Shown here piece after piece: positions 1 to 10,152 of a DNA stretch of 64,000 bases. Source of the stretch: Candidatus Pampinifervens sinense (GTDB lineage: Bacteria > Aquificota > Aquificia > Aquificales > Aquificaceae); assembly GCA_037927135.1 (NCBI GenBank), contig JAXSPP010000002.1, forward strand, positions 1 through 64,000, given 5' to 3'. Position 1 is the stretch's first letter. Every line of letters begins with the position of its first letter. Position numbers and translations under genes: made by a program. The notes beneath the pieces were generated by a model. The model saw nothing but the letters and a program-made list of their open reading frames with translations. It did no database searches and was not told where the DNA came from.

Positions 1-151
1 GCTTTTCAATGCTGGTAGTGGGTGGAGGACTTTAACTTGTGTGCTTGTGTATGTATATGCTTATGCTATTGGATATAGTTATTACAGGAGGGGTGAACTT
101 GAGGTCTAATTTCTCACCCAGCGTATAGGTTTATATTATAAACGAACTTCC

Positions 152-1072
152 ATGGTTAATGGTTTTAGCTTTGCAAAGCCTAGAATAGTCCTAAGCAGGT
201 GCTTTTTGGAGCCTGTGCGTTATGATGGGGGAATCATAGTTGATGAGTTTGTAGAGAGGTTAAAAAAGTATGTGGAGATTGTGGGCCTCTGTCCAGAGGT
301 TGGTATAGGCCTTGGTGTTCCAAGAGACAGGCTGATTATAGTTTTAAAGGAAAAGGAAAAAAGGCTTATACAACCCGATAGGGGGAAGGACCTAACGGAG
401 AGTATTCTGAGGTTTTCAAAGGAAGCTATTGAAAGACTTCCTCAAGTGGATGGCTTTCTTCTGAAAGCAAAGTCTCCCTCTTGTGGTGTGGGTTCCACAA
501 AGCTGTACAAAGACAACAGGGTGATTGGAAGAACTTATGGCTTTTTTGCCCATGAGGTAAAGGTCTCCTTTCCATACCTTCCTGTGGAGGACGAAAAGAG
601 GCTAAAAGATCCAGACAGAAGGGCCCACTTTTTGACGAGAATATTTGCCTATGCGGAATTGAGGTCCATTTCTGAAGAAGCCTTCATTGACTTTCACAAA
701 AGATACAGGTATCTTCTTCTTACATACAATCAAAGAATGCTAAAAGAGTTGGAAAAGCTAATAGCAAGGGAGGATATACCCTTAGAAGAAAAGGTAAAGC
801 TATACAGGGAAATGTTCTACAGGTCCCTTTTGAGAAGGCCAGCGTCTAAAAGGCATCTCAATACCATACTTCATATAGTAGGCCAATTCTCCAGCAGATT
901 GGACAAAAGGGAAAAGGGCCGTCTTTACAGATTGATAGAAAAGTTTGAAAAGGGCCAAATTCCCTTAAAGCCTATTTTAGAATTCATAAAAAGCCTTGCA
1001 TACAGGCTTGAGGAGGATTATGTGCTTATACAGAGATATATAGAACCATACCCAGAGGAGTTGGATTTATAA
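152..1072 (+). CDS. DUF523 (2-thiouracil desulfurase-like) / DUF1722 (YbgA-like) protein
   Basis: VRYDG, CPEVGIGLGVPR and KSPSCG motifs in the N-terminal half; helical YbgA-like C-terminus ending Y.EPYP. Confidence 0.85.
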   Translation: MVNGFSFAKPRIVLSRCFLEPVRYDGGIIVDEFVERLKKYVEIVGLCPEVGIGLGVPRDRLIIVLKEKEKRLIQPDRGKDLTESILRFSKEAIERLPQVDGFLLKAKSPSCGVGSTKLYKDNRVIGRTYGFFAHEVKVSFPYLPVEDEKRLKDPDRRAHFLTRIFAYAELRSISEEAFIDFHKRYRYLLLTYNQRMLKELEKLIAREDIPLEEKVKLYREMFYRSLLRRPASKRHLNTILHIVGQFSSRLDKREKGRLYRLIEKFEKGQIPLKPILEFIKSLAYRLEEDYVLIQRYIEPYPEELDL

Positions 1073-1079
1073 TTTATTC

Positions 1080-1778
1080 ATGAAGCTTCTTTATGAGGGC
1101 AAGGCCAAGATAGTCTATGAGGTGGACAAAGACAAATGCCTTATCTATTTTAAGGACTCTGCCACAGCCTTTGATGCCACCAAAAGGGCAAACATAGAAG
1201 GTAAGGGCATAATAAACAACACCATATCAAGCTTGCTTTTCAAGCTTTTGGAAGAAAAGGGCATAAGGACGCACTTTATAGAGAAGGTCTCCGATAGGGA
1301 GATGCTTGTTTGGAAGGCAAAGAGGTATGACCTTGAGGTGGTGGTAAGGAACATAACGGCCGGAAGCCTTTGCAAAAGGCTTGGCCTAAGGGAGGGAGAG
1401 AGGCTAAAAAAGCCCCTTGTAGAACTTTTTTACAAAAAGGATGAACTGCACGACCCATTTATATGCATAGACCATGCCCTCCTTTTGGGCATTGCAGACA
1501 GGAAAAGCATACTCAAAATGATTGATATGGCAAAAAGGGTAAATAAAGTCCTTAAGAGGTTTTTCAAGGACCATGGCCTATTGCTTGTAGATTTTAAGCT
1601 TGAGTTTGGCCTCCTTCCCGATGGAAGCTTGGCCGTGATAGATGAGATCTCTCCCGATACATGCAGGCTCTGGGATGCCAAAACGGGAGAAAAGCTTGAC
1701 AAGGACAGGTTTAGGTTTGACTTGGGCGACCTCATGGAGGGCTACAGAAAGGTGCTTGAGGCCATAGAAAAGGGCTAA
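1080..1778 (+). CDS. purC: phosphoribosylaminoimidazole-succinocarboxamide synthase
   Basis: LYEGKAK, LVDFKLEFG and DEISPDTCRLWD motifs. Confidence 0.97.
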   Translation: MKLLYEGKAKIVYEVDKDKCLIYFKDSATAFDATKRANIEGKGIINNTISSLLFKLLEEKGIRTHFIEKVSDREMLVWKAKRYDLEVVVRNITAGSLCKRLGLREGERLKKPLVELFYKKDELHDPFICIDHALLLGIADRKSILKMIDMAKRVNKVLKRFFKDHGLLLVDFKLEFGLLPDGSLAVIDEISPDTCRLWDAKTGEKLDKDRFRFDLGDLMEGYRKVLEAIEKG

Positions 1779-3187
1779 GCCCTCCCATATATATCGCACA
1801 AAGAGGCAACAAACTCCCAAAGGTCCCCTTGTGGCATATCCTTTAGCCTCCACTGCCAGTTACCCTCCGCCTTTCCCGGCGTGTTCATCCTTGACTCTTC
1901 TCCAAGGCCAAGAAGGTCCTGCATAGGCACAATGCAATACTTTGCCACAGACATGTAGGCAAGCCTAAGGAAAGCTTCATGCACCTTAGAAGGCGTATAG
2001 CCAAGGTAATCTAAGACCTTTGCCCTCTGCTGAGGGCTTAGCTCCTTAAAAAACCAGTCCCTTATTGGCATGTTGTCGTGGGTTGTGGTATAGACTACAG
2101 AGTTATAGGTGTGGTTGTGGGGAAGATGGGTAGAGTTTTTATCAAAGAAGGCAAAGGCCAAGACTTTCATACCCGGGAGGCCAAAGTGGTCCCTTAAATT
2201 TATCACCCCCTGGTCTATGGTGCCAAGGTCCTCCGCTATAAAGGGCATGCTTGGAAACTTTTGCTTTATCCTTTCAAAGAGTTCATAGCCCGGAGCCTTC
2301 TCCCACCAGCCCCTTTCTGCCGTCTTTTCACCATAGGGCACCTGGTAGAAGGCCGAAAAGCCCCTAAAGTGGTCAAGCCTCACAAGGTCAAAGAGTTTCA
2401 AAGAATGCCTTATCCTTAAAAACCACCAATCAAAGCCCCTCTCCTTTAGCCTCTCCCAGTTATAGACTGGGTTTCCCCAAAGCTGTCCAGTCTTTGAAAA
2501 GTAGTCGGGTGGAACGCCTGCTGAAACATCCAGCCTGAACATATCTTGGTTTGCCCAAACGTCTGCGCTATCTCTGGCAGGATATATGGGAAGGTCCCCC
2601 ACAATCTTTATACCCTTTGAGTTGGCATAATCTTTTAAGGCTTTCCATTGCTTGAAAAAGATGTATTGGACAAACTTCTCCTTTAAAAGGTCTTTTTCTT
2701 CCGCCTTTGGCAACTCTTCCCACTGCCACCAGGGCCTTTGTAGCCTTTTGTGCATGCAAGAGAAGAGGCTAAAATCTTCAAGCCAATAGGCATTCTCTTC
2801 ACAAAAGGAATAAAAATCCTGGTCTTCCTTGAAGTTTTTAAAGGCCACTTCAAGCATATACTCCTTTCTTTTGTAGACCTCTTCATAAGGGACTCTTTCA
2901 GACCTTTCTATCCTTAAAGCTTCAAGGGTAGCCCTATCTATGAGTCCATCCCTGTATAGCATCTCTGGGCTTATAAGAATTGGATTTCCCGCAAAAAGGG
3001 ATATGGAATAGTAGGGAGAGTTTCCATGGGCTTGGTGGGTTGGGTTTAAGGGTAGCACCTGCCAGAGGCTTTGGCCAGAGGAGGCCAAAAGGTCCACAAA
3101 GGCGTAGGCGTTTGGCCCAAGGTCCCCTATTCCAAAGTCTGAAGGCAGAGAACTTATATGAAGGAGTATGCCGGCCTTTCTTTCCAT
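1775..3187 (-). CDS. malQ: 4-alpha-glucanotransferase (amylomaltase, GH77)
   Basis: GILLHISSLP, GVPPDYFS.TGQLWGNP, RLDHFRG, IAEDLG, HDN; start placed at MERKAG (ORF track extends to 3199). Confidence 0.95.
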   Translation of the reverse strand: MERKAGILLHISSLPSDFGIGDLGPNAYAFVDLLASSGQSLWQVLPLNPTHQAHGNSPYYSISLFAGNPILISPEMLYRDGLIDRATLEALRIERSERVPYEEVYKRKEYMLEVAFKNFKEDQDFYSFCEENAYWLEDFSLFSCMHKRLQRPWWQWEELPKAEEKDLLKEKFVQYIFFKQWKALKDYANSKGIKIVGDLPIYPARDSADVWANQDMFRLDVSAGVPPDYFSKTGQLWGNPVYNWERLKERGFDWWFLRIRHSLKLFDLVRLDHFRGFSAFYQVPYGEKTAERGWWEKAPGYELFERIKQKFPSMPFIAEDLGTIDQGVINLRDHFGLPGMKVLAFAFFDKNSTHLPHNHTYNSVVYTTTHDNMPIRDWFFKELSPQQRAKVLDYLGYTPSKVHEAFLRLAYMSVAKYCIVPMQDLLGLGEESRMNTPGKAEGNWQWRLKDMPQGDLWEFVASLCDIYGRA

Positions 3188-3224
3188 TTTTAAAACCATT
3201 ATATCTGCCTTATAATTCCCTCTT

Positions 3225-4211
3225 ATGATAAAGCAATATCTTCCTCTGATAGGCCTCCTATTTGTCCCCTTGTTTGTCCTCTTTGTAGAAAGGCTTTTCC
3301 TAAAGAGGCTAAGGTTCTACTGGGATATTTTTAAGTTTGTCCCAACACTGTGGTCCCTTCTTTTTGTCCTATATATACTTTCAGAAGAGGCAAAGCTTCC
3401 TGTAAGCCTCAAGCTCATAAAAGATAAGGCCCTTTGGGTGGTCTTTATCCTTTCCCTTTCCCTTCTCACTTCTAGGCTTGTGGCCCTCCTTTTAAGGATG
3501 TATATGAACCGCTACCGTCAAGAGATGCCAGCCGTTTCCCTTGTGGTGCAAGCCTCTAAAGTCTTGGTACTTTTGGTAGGTGTGATAATAGCCTTGGACA
3601 AGATAGGTATAGCCATAACCCCCATACTTACGGCCCTCGGTGTGGGTGGCTTGGCTGTGGCCTTGGCCCTAAGGGACACCCTTGAAAACCTCTTTGCAGG
3701 CTTTCATATGCTTGCCTCAGGACAGATAAAGGTGGGAGACTACATAAGGCTTGAAGGCGGTGAGGAGGGCTTTGTGGAAGACATCACATGGAGGAACACG
3801 GTCATAAGACAGCCCTCCAACAACCTTATAATTGTGCCAAACTCCAAGCTTTCCTCTTCCATAGTTATAAACTTTCACAAGCCAGACAGCGAACTGGCAG
3901 TTATCGTCCCCGTAGGTGTCTCTTACGACAGCGACCTTGATAGGGTAGAAAGGATAACCATAGAGGTAGCCAAGGAAGTGCAAAGGGAGGTAGAAGGAGC
4001 CGTGCCAGATTTTGAACCCTTCATAAGGTATACGGCCTTCGGCGACTTTTCCATAAACTTTAACGTGATCCTAAGGGCAAAGGATGTTCCAAGCCAGCAC
4101 ATACTCAGGCATGAGTTTATAAAAAGATTGAAAAGAAGGTATGAAGAAGAAGGCATAAAAATCCCCTTTCCCATAAGGGAGGTATATTTAAGACCTCTCT
4201 CCAAAGAGTAA
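3225..4211 (+). CDS. mscS: small-conductance mechanosensitive channel (MscS family)
   Basis: N-terminal TM helices, GVGGLAVALAL, KVGDYI, IIVPNS, GIKIPFP. Confidence 0.92.
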   Translation: MIKQYLPLIGLLFVPLFVLFVERLFLKRLRFYWDIFKFVPTLWSLLFVLYILSEEAKLPVSLKLIKDKALWVVFILSLSLLTSRLVALLLRMYMNRYRQEMPAVSLVVQASKVLVLLVGVIIALDKIGIAITPILTALGVGGLAVALALRDTLENLFAGFHMLASGQIKVGDYIRLEGGEEGFVEDITWRNTVIRQPSNNLIIVPNSKLSSSIVINFHKPDSELAVIVPVGVSYDSDLDRVERITIEVAKEVQREVEGAVPDFEPFIRYTAFGDFSINFNVILRAKDVPSQHILRHEFIKRLKRRYEEEGIKIPFPIREVYLRPLSKE

Positions 4212-4868
4212 GGTCCCTATCCTGACTATGGTAGCTCCTTCCTCTATAGCCACTTCAAAATCATGGGACATTCCCATGGAAAGGTGTGGCAAAGAAACTC
4301 CAAACTCCCTTTCAAGCTCTTCTTTTAATTCCCTCAAAAGAGAGAAGTAGGGCCTTACCTCCTGTGGGTCCTCTCTGTAGGGTGGTATGCACATAAGGCC
4401 AAGCACCTTTATATTTTCCGCCTTCAGGCACCTTTCAAAAAAGGCCTTTAGCTCTTTTGGCTCCACGCCCCCCTTTGTCTCTTCCCCTCCCACATTCACC
4501 TCTATAAGCACTTCCTGCACCTTTCCTTTTGCCTTTGCCCTCTTTTCAATCTCCTCCAAAAGGCTGTCCCTGTCCAAGGAGTGTATAAGGCTCACCTTGT
4601 CTATTATGTACTTTACCTTGTTGCTCTGTAGCCTTCCTATAAAGTGCCAATCTATAGACAGGTCCCTTAGACTTTCCCACTTTTTCAAAAACTCCTGAAC
4701 CCTGTTTTCACCAAAGGTAGAAAGGCCACAGTTAAAAAATTCCCTTAGCCTTTCTGGAGGGACGCCCTTTGATGCCCCCAAAAGTAAAACCTCTTCCCTT
4801 TTCCTTCCTGCACGCTCACAGGCAAGCCTTATCCTCTCTTCCACCTCCTTTAGCCTTTCGCAAGCCAT
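4188..4868 (-). CDS. yggS: YggS/PROSC family PLP-binding protein
   Basis: FGENRVQE, WHFIGRLQSNK, LSMGMSHDFEVAIEEGAT.VRIGT. Confidence 0.95.
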   Translation of the reverse strand: MACERLKEVEERIRLACERAGRKREEVLLLGASKGVPPERLREFFNCGLSTFGENRVQEFLKKWESLRDLSIDWHFIGRLQSNKVKYIIDKVSLIHSLDRDSLLEEIEKRAKAKGKVQEVLIEVNVGGEETKGGVEPKELKAFFERCLKAENIKVLGLMCIPPYREDPQEVRPYFSLLRELKEELEREFGVSLPHLSMGMSHDFEVAIEEGATIVRIGTLLFGERS

Positions 4869-4871
4869 GGC

Positions 4872-4994
4872 TCAATAGTTTCTATGCTTTATCTGTATCT
4901 GCAAGCCACCACCCACATCCACTTTGTTGTCTTCTTGGCTCACCACATAGGCACAACCGCTTATAAAAACCAAAAGCAGACTAATCCAGAACAT
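4872..4994 (-). CDS. small 40-aa putative lipoprotein (not in ORF track)
   Basis: Hand translation MFWISLLLVFISGCAYVVSQEDNKVDVGGGLQIQIKHRNY; hydrophobic core plus lipobox-like ISGC; fills the maf-yggS gap on the same strand. Confidence 0.65.
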   Translation of the reverse strand: MFWISLLLVFISGCAYVVSQEDNKVDVGGGLQIQIKHRNY

Positions 4995-5535
4995 CCTTTA
5001 ACACCTTATAAGTCTTGGAGGCTGGAAGGCCCATAACAGTGTAAAAGTCTCCTATTATCTTTTCTATAAACCTTGCTCCCATGCCTTGCACCGCATAGGC
5101 CCCCGCCTTGTCCATAGGCTCTTCACTGCTAACATACTCTTCTATCTCCTCTTCATCCATTTTTCTAAACTTTACCCATGCTATATCATGAAAGCTTATC
5201 TTGCCCTTGGGAGATATGACGCACACACCCGTTATGACCTTGTGCCACCTTCCAGAGAGGCTTCTTAGCATTTCCTTGGCTTCCTCCCTGTCCTTTGGCT
5301 TTCCAAGTATCCTTTTGCCAAGGACCACTATGGTGTCCGCACCAAGCACGGTGGCAAACTTATAATCCTTCCAAACGGTAAAGGCCTTTTTGAAGGCAAG
5401 CCTTCTGGCCGTTAGAAGTGGATTTCCCTCATGCCTTTCTTCCACATAAGAGGGTATTACAAAGAATTTAAAGCCAAGCATGCTGAGTATTTGAACTCTT
5501 CTTTTTGACTCTGAAGCAAGGATAAGCAGTCTCAT
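4981..5535 (-). CDS. maf: Maf family nucleoside triphosphate pyrophosphatase
   Basis: LILASES.RR, GADTIV, GKP, DKAGAYAVQG, VMGLP. Confidence 0.93.
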   Translation of the reverse strand: MRLLILASESKRRVQILSMLGFKFFVIPSYVEERHEGNPLLTARRLAFKKAFTVWKDYKFATVLGADTIVVLGKRILGKPKDREEAKEMLRSLSGRWHKVITGVCVISPKGKISFHDIAWVKFRKMDEEEIEEYVSSEEPMDKAGAYAVQGMGARFIEKIIGDFYTVMGLPASKTYKVLKDVLD

Positions 5536-5538
5536 TTA

Positions 5539-6036
5539 CTAAAATATTTTAAACCTTTTTAATAGCGTGCTAAGAAGGTCAAGGACTATATGAAAAAGCT
5601 CAGATAGTATAACACCTAAAGCAAAATAGAAGGTCTCTTCCCTCTGGGCTATAGAGGAGAGGACCTCAAAGGGGTCAAAAAGGAGGAGAAGCTTCTCTAT
5701 GTGGGGAGCATATCTGGAGGAGAGGCCCAATAGAACAAAGTATAGAAAGGTTAAGATAAAAAAGAGGTAGGACATCCTTATCAGTGAACCTATCAGAGGA
5801 ATATGAGAAAGACCCCTGTGCTTTGAAAATAGTTGATATGGTCTCCATATTAGCCTTAAACCTTTCCAACGCTTTGAAGGCTTGGAATGGGGCAGGTCTA
5901 GATCGGGTGAAAGGAAAAAGGTACCAAAGGTGTAGCCAAGGGCAAAGGGAAGGTAAAAATCCTTTGGTATATAGTAGAGGCATATGGGTAGAGCGATCAT
6001 GTTTATAAAGTCATGACTCCTACCAAGCGCCATCAC
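5539..6036 (-). CDS. DUF2227-like putative metal-binding membrane protein
   Basis: GRSHD, FLSPDLD, HRGLSH, H.VLD motifs and hydrophobic segments. Confidence 0.75.
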   Translation of the reverse strand: MMALGRSHDFINMIALPICLYYIPKDFYLPFALGYTFGTFFLSPDLDLPHSKPSKRWKGLRLIWRPYQLFSKHRGLSHIPLIGSLIRMSYLFFILTFLYFVLLGLSSRYAPHIEKLLLLFDPFEVLSSIAQREETFYFALGVILSELFHIVLDLLSTLLKRFKIF

Positions 6037-7670
6037 TCCTCCACGTCCAAAAGTGAAAGTGTAGGATAATTGGTCCTTTTCCTATCTGGTCTATATACAA
6101 CCCTCCTTGGCCTACTTTCTACCTTTAGAAGTTTACTGTTTAGGATGCTGTCGTGGGAGACAAGGTAGTATCCGTTTGCCTTTAGCTTGAGAACATCCTT
6201 GTTGACAATGATTATATGGAAGTTTAAAGGCTCGGAGAGGAAGGTGGGTTCTGGAAAGCCCTCACCGAAAGGCTCAAGATCTGCTAAAGCTTGATAGACT
6301 TCCTTACCAAGCTTGTTCAAAGGTAGTTCCATGTCTATGTAAAGCTTGCCTTCCGCCTTTGGTATCTCCCAAAACACCTCCCTTACTACCTTTTCAAAGT
6401 CTCGGATGAGGTCTGTTCTAATGGTGAAGCCAGCTGCGCTTGAGTGCCCTCCCCATTTGATGAAGAATTGAGAAAGCCTCTTTAGAGGAGTGTATATATC
6501 CATACCTTCCGGCCCTCTTACCGATGCGCTTGAATATTCATTTCCAACCGACAGCACTATGGCTGGTTTAGAGAAAGCGCTTGCAAGCTTTCCAGCCACT
6601 ATACCCGCCACACCACCAGCCCGTTCATCCAGCTTTACCACCAACACACTCTGATCCTTTTGGTATGAGGCTTGTTCTTTGGCCATTTCAAAAGCCTCTT
6701 GACTTAGCCTCTTCCTCTCCTCGTTCAACCTCTCTATCTTATCCACCAAATACTTTGCTTTCCCTTCATCCTTTTCAATAAGAACCCATAGGGAAGGATA
6801 AGGCTCTGAGACCCTGCCCGGTGCATTCAACCTCGGTGCAATATAGTAAGCTATATCCCTTGAAGTCACCTCCCCCTTTATACCGCTTGCCTCCATAAGA
6901 AGCCTAATGCCAGGAGCCTCAAAGCCACCCTTTAGTATGTAATTCAAAAGTCTAAGGCCATAGGAAACTATTATTCTGTTTACAGAGTTCATAGGCATCA
7001 CATCCGCCACAGTTCCCAAACATGCAAGATGTAAGTAGTTGCGCACATCTACATCTAAGTTTAGTTCCTTTCTCAATAAGGCAGAAACGTAGAAGGCCAA
7101 ACCTGATGAGGAAAGGTGTTTCAATTCATCCACCTTTGAGGGTGCTAGCTTAGGGTTTACCACAAGGGCTGGGGGTAAAACCTCTCCAGGGTTGTGATGG
7201 TCAAAAACTATGGTAGGGATTTTGCTATAGCTTAGCTCTTGTATGGCCGTTGTTCCATTGTCTATGGTGATAAGGAGGTCTGCATAGAGGTTTAACTTTT
7301 GGACAAGGTCCAAGGTAAGACCATATCCACTCCTCCTGTTTGGTAAGATGAATGTTACCTTTGCTCCAGCCTTTTTCAAAAGGTCATAGAGAATGGCAGT
7401 GCCCGTTATCCCATCCACATCGTAATCCCCAAAAAGTACTATCCTTCCACCTTTTAAAAGGGTGTCCTTTATAAGCCAGATGGCCTCTTGAATGTTTGGA
7501 ATGTCAAAGGGGGGTGTCAGATTCTTTAGCTTACTGTCTAAAGCTTCCACTTCCATGTTCCTGTTGGCAATTATCTGCGCCTTTAGAGGCCCCAATGCCT
7601 CTATAAGGTCCCTGTCAGGCCTTACCATATCGCTCAGGAGTACCCACTCCTTTCCAGAAAGCCCCCTCAT
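6033..7670 (-). CDS. recJ: ssDNA-specific exonuclease RecJ (DHH family)
   Basis: GDYDVDG, DNG, DHH, GTVADV, PRLNA.GR, GGHS.AAG, LEPFG.G. Confidence 0.9.
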   Translation of the reverse strand: MRGLSGKEWVLLSDMVRPDRDLIEALGPLKAQIIANRNMEVEALDSKLKNLTPPFDIPNIQEAIWLIKDTLLKGGRIVLFGDYDVDGITGTAILYDLLKKAGAKVTFILPNRRSGYGLTLDLVQKLNLYADLLITIDNGTTAIQELSYSKIPTIVFDHHNPGEVLPPALVVNPKLAPSKVDELKHLSSSGLAFYVSALLRKELNLDVDVRNYLHLACLGTVADVMPMNSVNRIIVSYGLRLLNYILKGGFEAPGIRLLMEASGIKGEVTSRDIAYYIAPRLNAPGRVSEPYPSLWVLIEKDEGKAKYLVDKIERLNEERKRLSQEAFEMAKEQASYQKDQSVLVVKLDERAGGVAGIVAGKLASAFSKPAIVLSVGNEYSSASVRGPEGMDIYTPLKRLSQFFIKWGGHSSAAGFTIRTDLIRDFEKVVREVFWEIPKAEGKLYIDMELPLNKLGKEVYQALADLEPFGEGFPEPTFLSEPLNFHIIIVNKDVLKLKANGYYLVSHDSILNSKLLKVESRPRRVVYRPDRKRTNYPTLSLLDVEE

Positions 7671-9025
7671 ACCCTCTTTAAAGTTAAAAACTCTTCACAC
7701 CATTTGGATATGCTTCCAGCACCCATAAAGAGTATTACCATATCCTCTGAAACTATCTCTTCTATAGCTTCAAAGAGCTCCTCCTTTGTAGGCAAAAAGG
7801 CGCAACCAGCTCTTCTTGCAAGATCTTCAGCCTTCACATTGTAGATGTTTTCTTCACTGGCAGGGTATATCTCCGTAAGAAGGCATTGGTCTGCCTCTTT
7901 CAAAGCCTCTACAAAGTCTTCAAAAAGGTAATAGGTCCTTGAATATCTGTGAGGCTGGAATACAAGAAGTATCTTCTTGTTCGGATATAGCTCCTTTATC
8001 GTCTTTAGAACGGCCCTTATCTCCGTTGGATGGTGTCCATAGTCATCGTAAACGGGAATGCCTTTGAAGTAGCCCTTCAGTTCAAGCCTCCTTTCTGCAT
8101 TCTTAAAGCTTTCAAGGGCCTCCTTTATACTCTTAAAATCTATATTTGCTTCAAGGCAAACACCAATGCAAGCAAGGGCATTGTATACATTGTGCCTTCC
8201 CGGTACGCCAAGATGCACTTCTCCTAAGACCTTTCCCTCATGCCAAACTTCAAAGATATACCTTCCCTCCAAAAGCCTAAGGTTCTTTGCAACTACATTT
8301 GTCTCCCTTTCTATACCATAACCTATAACCCTCCTGTGTGTCCTTTGGGCAATTTCTCTACAGCTTGGGTCATCCATGTTTAGGACCACAAAGCCATAAA
8401 AGGGGACTGCGTTGGCAAACTTCAAAAAGGCCTCCTTTATCTCCTCAAGGTCCCTATAAAAGCCTATGTGTTCTTTATCTATGTTGGTTATGACGGCCAC
8501 AGTGGGCAAAAGCTTTAGAAAGCTGCCATCGCTCTCATCTGCCTCAGAGATAATTAGCTTATCCTTGCCCAGCTTGGCGTTGGAGCCAAGGCTTTGAAGC
8601 ACACCGCCTATAAGAACGGTAGGGTCATAACCAGCCCAATGGAAGGCATGGGCTATCATGGATGTGGTGGTTGTCTTCCCATGGGACCCGCATACGGCTA
8701 TGCCCTCACCAAGCCTAAAAAGTTCTGCAAGCATCTCCCCCCTCGGTATTACAGGTATGCCAAGCTCCTTTGCCTTTTTTACCTCTGGGTTGTCCTCCGA
8801 GACGGCGGAAGAGTAGACCAAAACCTGCGCACCCATCACGTTCTCTTCCTTATGCCCTATAAAGACCTTTGCACCCTTCTTTCTTAAAAGCTCAATGTTT
8901 TTGTTTTCTCTTATGTCCGAACCGGAGACCTCATAGCCCATATCAAGGAGTATTTGGGCTATACCGCTCATGCCTATGCCACCTATACCCACAAAGTGGA
9001 AGCTCCTGACCCTTTCCCTGAACAT
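7667..9025 (-). CDS. murC: UDP-N-acetylmuramate--L-alanine ligase
   Basis: GIGGIGMSG, GSHGKTTT, EADESDGSF, DDYGHHPTE, FQPHRYSRT; start moved to ATG 9025 because the longer ORF runs antisense through the tRNA. Confidence 0.96.
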   Translation of the reverse strand: MFRERVRSFHFVGIGGIGMSGIAQILLDMGYEVSGSDIRENKNIELLRKKGAKVFIGHKEENVMGAQVLVYSSAVSEDNPEVKKAKELGIPVIPRGEMLAELFRLGEGIAVCGSHGKTTTTSMIAHAFHWAGYDPTVLIGGVLQSLGSNAKLGKDKLIISEADESDGSFLKLLPTVAVITNIDKEHIGFYRDLEEIKEAFLKFANAVPFYGFVVLNMDDPSCREIAQRTHRRVIGYGIERETNVVAKNLRLLEGRYIFEVWHEGKVLGEVHLGVPGRHNVYNALACIGVCLEANIDFKSIKEALESFKNAERRLELKGYFKGIPVYDDYGHHPTEIRAVLKTIKELYPNKKILLVFQPHRYSRTYYLFEDFVEALKEADQCLLTEIYPASEENIYNVKAEDLARRAGCAFLPTKEELFEAIEEIVSEDMVILFMGAGSISKWCEEFLTLKRV

Positions 9026-9048
9026 TGGGTATATTATATACTTTGGCA

Positions 9049-9122
9049 GTGTCCGTAGCTCAGCTGGATAGAGCGTGGGTCTCCGGAACCCAAGGTCGGG
9101 GGTTCGAGTCCCCCCGGACACG
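9049..9122 (+). tRNA. tRNA-Arg(CCG)
   Basis: Acceptor stem GTGTCCG/CGGACAC, anticodon arm TGGGT-CT-CCG-GA-ACCCA, T-loop GGTTCGAGTCC; no encoded CCA. Confidence 0.95.
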
Positions 9123-9123
9123 T

Positions 9124-10134
9124 TTATGCCCACACGCCGGGCAACCTATAGCCACAGTGGGGACACAAGCCTTCTTTAAGGTGGTTCTTTGTCCTGTAGC
9201 CTACCCTCTCTATCACCTTTTTGCCACAGTTTGGACAGTAGGTAGATTCAAGGTCCTCTTGCCAGTAGTTGCCCACATAGACAAAGTTTAGCCCCTCTTC
9301 CCTTCCTATCTCATAGGCCCTTTTTAGCTTCTCTATGGGTGTGGGCATAAGGTGTGCCATCTTATAGGCTGGGAAAAAGCGGGATATGTGCCATGGTATA
9401 TCCCTTGATAGACTTGCTATAAAGCGGGCTATCTCCCTTATTTCCTCCTCAGAGTCGTTATAGCCCGGTATGAGAAGGGTGGTTATCTCTATCCATATGC
9501 CTTTTTTGAGGGCATACTCAATGGTCTTCAATACAGGCCTCAGCCTTGCTCCGCATACCTTTTTGTAAAACTCATCGGAGAAGGACTTTAGGTCTATGTT
9601 CATGGCATCAAGGTATGGAAGGGCTATGTCTATGGCCTCTTCCGTTTCATAACCGCTGGTTACAAAGACATTTCTTATGCCCTTCTCCTTTGCAAGCCTC
9701 ATCACATCAAAGGCAAACTCAAAGAATATGATGGGTTCGTTATAGGTATAAGAGATAGAAGGTGTTTTGTAAAGCTGGGCCAGTCTTACAAGCTCCTGAG
9801 GGCTTATAGGCTCTCCAAAGACTTTATAGTTATTGTTCTGAGGATATTGGGAGATTTCCCAGTTTTGACAAAACTGGCAGGAGAAGTTGCAACCCACCGT
9901 GCCAATAGAGAGGCTATAAGTGCCAGGAAGGAAGTGATAGAGGGGCTTTTTCTCTATGGGGTCTATGTTTATGGCGGAAACAAGGCCATATACGGTAAGA
10001 TAAAGCCTTCCTCCCCTGTTTACCCTCACCCCACACTTTCCATACTCACCCTCACCCAAAACACACCTCTGACTGCAGGCCTTGCAAAGAACTTTTTCTT
10101 CCTTTTCTTCACTTAGCCAGGCCAAGGCTTCCAT
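9124..10134 (-). CDS. amrS: AmmeMemoRadiSam system radical SAM enzyme
   Basis: DPIEKKPLYHF.PG, GCNFSCQFCQNWEISQ (CxxxCxxC), YTYNEP, C-terminal CPNCG/CPHCG; start MEALAW at 10134. Confidence 0.92.
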   Translation of the reverse strand: MEALAWLSEEKEEKVLCKACSQRCVLGEGEYGKCGVRVNRGGRLYLTVYGLVSAINIDPIEKKPLYHFLPGTYSLSIGTVGCNFSCQFCQNWEISQYPQNNNYKVFGEPISPQELVRLAQLYKTPSISYTYNEPIIFFEFAFDVMRLAKEKGIRNVFVTSGYETEEAIDIALPYLDAMNIDLKSFSDEFYKKVCGARLRPVLKTIEYALKKGIWIEITTLLIPGYNDSEEEIREIARFIASLSRDIPWHISRFFPAYKMAHLMPTPIEKLKRAYEIGREEGLNFVYVGNYWQEDLESTYCPNCGKKVIERVGYRTKNHLKEGLCPHCGYRLPGVWA

Positions 10135-10152
10135 AGGGTTAAATTTATAGCT

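Noticed and set aside
1-151. Possible end of an upstream gene (FSMLVVGGGL*)
   Set aside because: Too short to assign
9026-9133. N-terminal extension of murC in the ORF track
   Set aside because: It is the antisense of tRNA-Arg; MurC homology begins at Met 9025
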